DNA of 24,732 nt from a virus (taxonomy: Duplodnaviria > Caudoviricetes), in IMG/VR virus record IMGVR_UViG_3300021476_000028, positions 1 to 24,732 of that record; one strand, written 5' to 3'. Shown here in pieces: positions 23,734 to 24,732 of this stretch; the first letter of the stretch is position 1, and each line of letters opens with the position of its first letter. The notes under the pieces are model-generated. The model was not told the origin of the DNA. It searched no databases and saw only the letters and a program-made list of their open reading frames with translations. A program made the position numbers and the translations under genes.

Positions 23734-24732
23734 GTCTCCTGTGTCGGATTGTAGCTTTCACCACGCAAACCGAATGTGCTGGCGATTGCGTTGCGAACCG
23801 TCGGTTTCTGTGACTTTCCGAATGTCCCATCAGGATACATCGGCCGCAAGTTCGGATCAACGCGCAACAAGTATTGCCGGCCAGTTGATGGATCTATGAC
23901 TTTGACCGCAACCATCCGCTTGTCTGGATCATCGGGCAACTCGATGGACATTAGCTCATTGATGGTATCTGGTTCGCCCAAGCGCATCGGTTGAACGGCG
24001 CTATCCAGAAGCGTGGCTCCGCAATCCAACATAAAGGCTCCCTTGTAGCGGAACGAATCGTAGCGCTCCATCAGGGCGCGACGGACTTCTGCATTTGGCT
24101 CCGCTAGAATGTCGCGCGCGGCAAGATCGCAGAGATAATATTTTGCGGGCACGTACACGCCGTGCCACGCGAACAGAGATGAACCGTCGGACCACTGGCA
24201 AAACGGACCCAAAGAGTTGTGCGGACGGTTTTCATTATCGACTGTCAATACGCGCGGACGATCTGAGATCATGCAAAAGTCTGCATGGACCAACCTCGGT
24301 CCACTATGTAGTGAGGCGAGTTCCCAGTACTGCCACTTTGAATATTCAAGCGGCAGCTTCGCTACATGACGAAAAAAAGAAACAAATGAATCGCTACCAG
24401 ACCATTGGTTTCCTCCCTGCCACATCCTGAATGAGTGCTCCACACACGCTATCGCGTGCCGGAAAGAGGAACCGAACAATAGTTTAGAAAATGAGACGAC
24501 CGGCCCAGTGAGGTACCACGCGTCGTACGTTGCGTCGTACGTTGCGGCGTGCGTTGCGTCGTACGTTGCGGCGTACGTTGCGGCGCGCGTTGCGTCGTAC
24601 GTTGCGGCGCGCGTTGCGTCGTACGTTGCGTCGTACGTTGCGGCGTGCGTTGCGTCGTACGTTGCGGCGCGCGTTGCGTCGTACGTTGCGGCGAGCGTTG
24701 CGGCGTGCGTTGCGTCGCGCGTTGCGGCGAGC
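23730..24732 (-). CDS. DUF6745-like protein with tetrapeptide repeats, 5' end outside the window
   Basis: AWHGV.VP, IL.E.NAEVRR...ERY, V.V.DPSTGR.Y.LRV.P, AIA.TFGL..Y.P..ET motifs; the frame stays open from 24479 to the window edge. Confidence 0.85.
   Translation of the reverse strand, partial: LAATRDATHAATLAATYDATRAATYDATHAATYDATYDATRAATYDATRAATYAATYDATHAATYDATYDAWYLTGPVVSFSKLLFGSSFRHAIACVEHSFRMWQGGNQWSGSDSFVSFFRHVAKLPLEYSKWQYWELASLHSGPRLVHADFCMISDRPRVLTVDNENRPHNSLGPFCQWSDGSSLFAWHGVYVPAKYYLCDLAARDILAEPNAEVRRALMERYDSFRYKGAFMLDCGATLLDSAVQPMRLGEPDTINELMSIELPDDPDKRMVAVKVIDPSTGRQYLLRVDPNLRPMYPDGTFGKSQKPTVRNAIASTFGLRGESYNPTQET
24522..24732. repeat. 12-bp tandem repeat, at least 17 units
   Basis: Plus-strand units such as gtcgtacgttgc, ggcgcgcgttgc and ggcgtgcgttgc, encoding A-T-[YHRL]-[DA] on the minus strand. 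Confidence 0.95.

Larger units (their letters stand above)
1..24732 (-). mobile_element. Partial genome of a siphovirus-like tailed phage/prophage
   Basis: Syntenic protease-decoration-capsid-neck-tail tube-chaperone-tape measure-tail tip-lysis order. Genes are tightly coupled by ATGA/TAATG overlaps. No host housekeeping genes are seen. Confidence 0.97.

Overview
The whole window is a GC-rich fragment of a tailed (siphovirus-type) phage or prophage, encoded almost entirely on the minus strand. Read right to left it holds: a truncated DUF6745 protein with a 12-bp tandem array; two small plus-strand genes; a GT2 glycosyltransferase; an unannotated plus-strand zinc-finger ORF; a head-neck-tail operon; a lysis cassette; and an early DNA-metabolism operon. 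The structural operon comprises a multidomain prohead protease/scaffold, decoration protein, major capsid, adaptor, stopper, HK97 gp10-like protein, terminator, tail tube, -1 frameshifted chaperones, a 1138-aa tape measure and minor tail proteins. The early operon comprises an SSB-like protein, a Gp157-like protein and a Cys-heptad repeat protein. No terminase, portal, integrase, tRNA, CRISPR array or reverse transcriptase is recognisable. Four observations stand out: (i) a 70-bp divergent control region with a parS-like palindrome beside a zinc-finger gene that may start at ACG; (ii) recurrent TAnnnT-N6-8-start promoters suggesting leaderless expression; (iii) a lysis cassette with no recognisable spanins but an unannotated cationic amphipathic 42-aa peptide; (iv) a duplicated cassette at the left end carrying a diverged second Gp157 C-terminus. 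All family assignments come from recognising motifs by eye, not from database searches.
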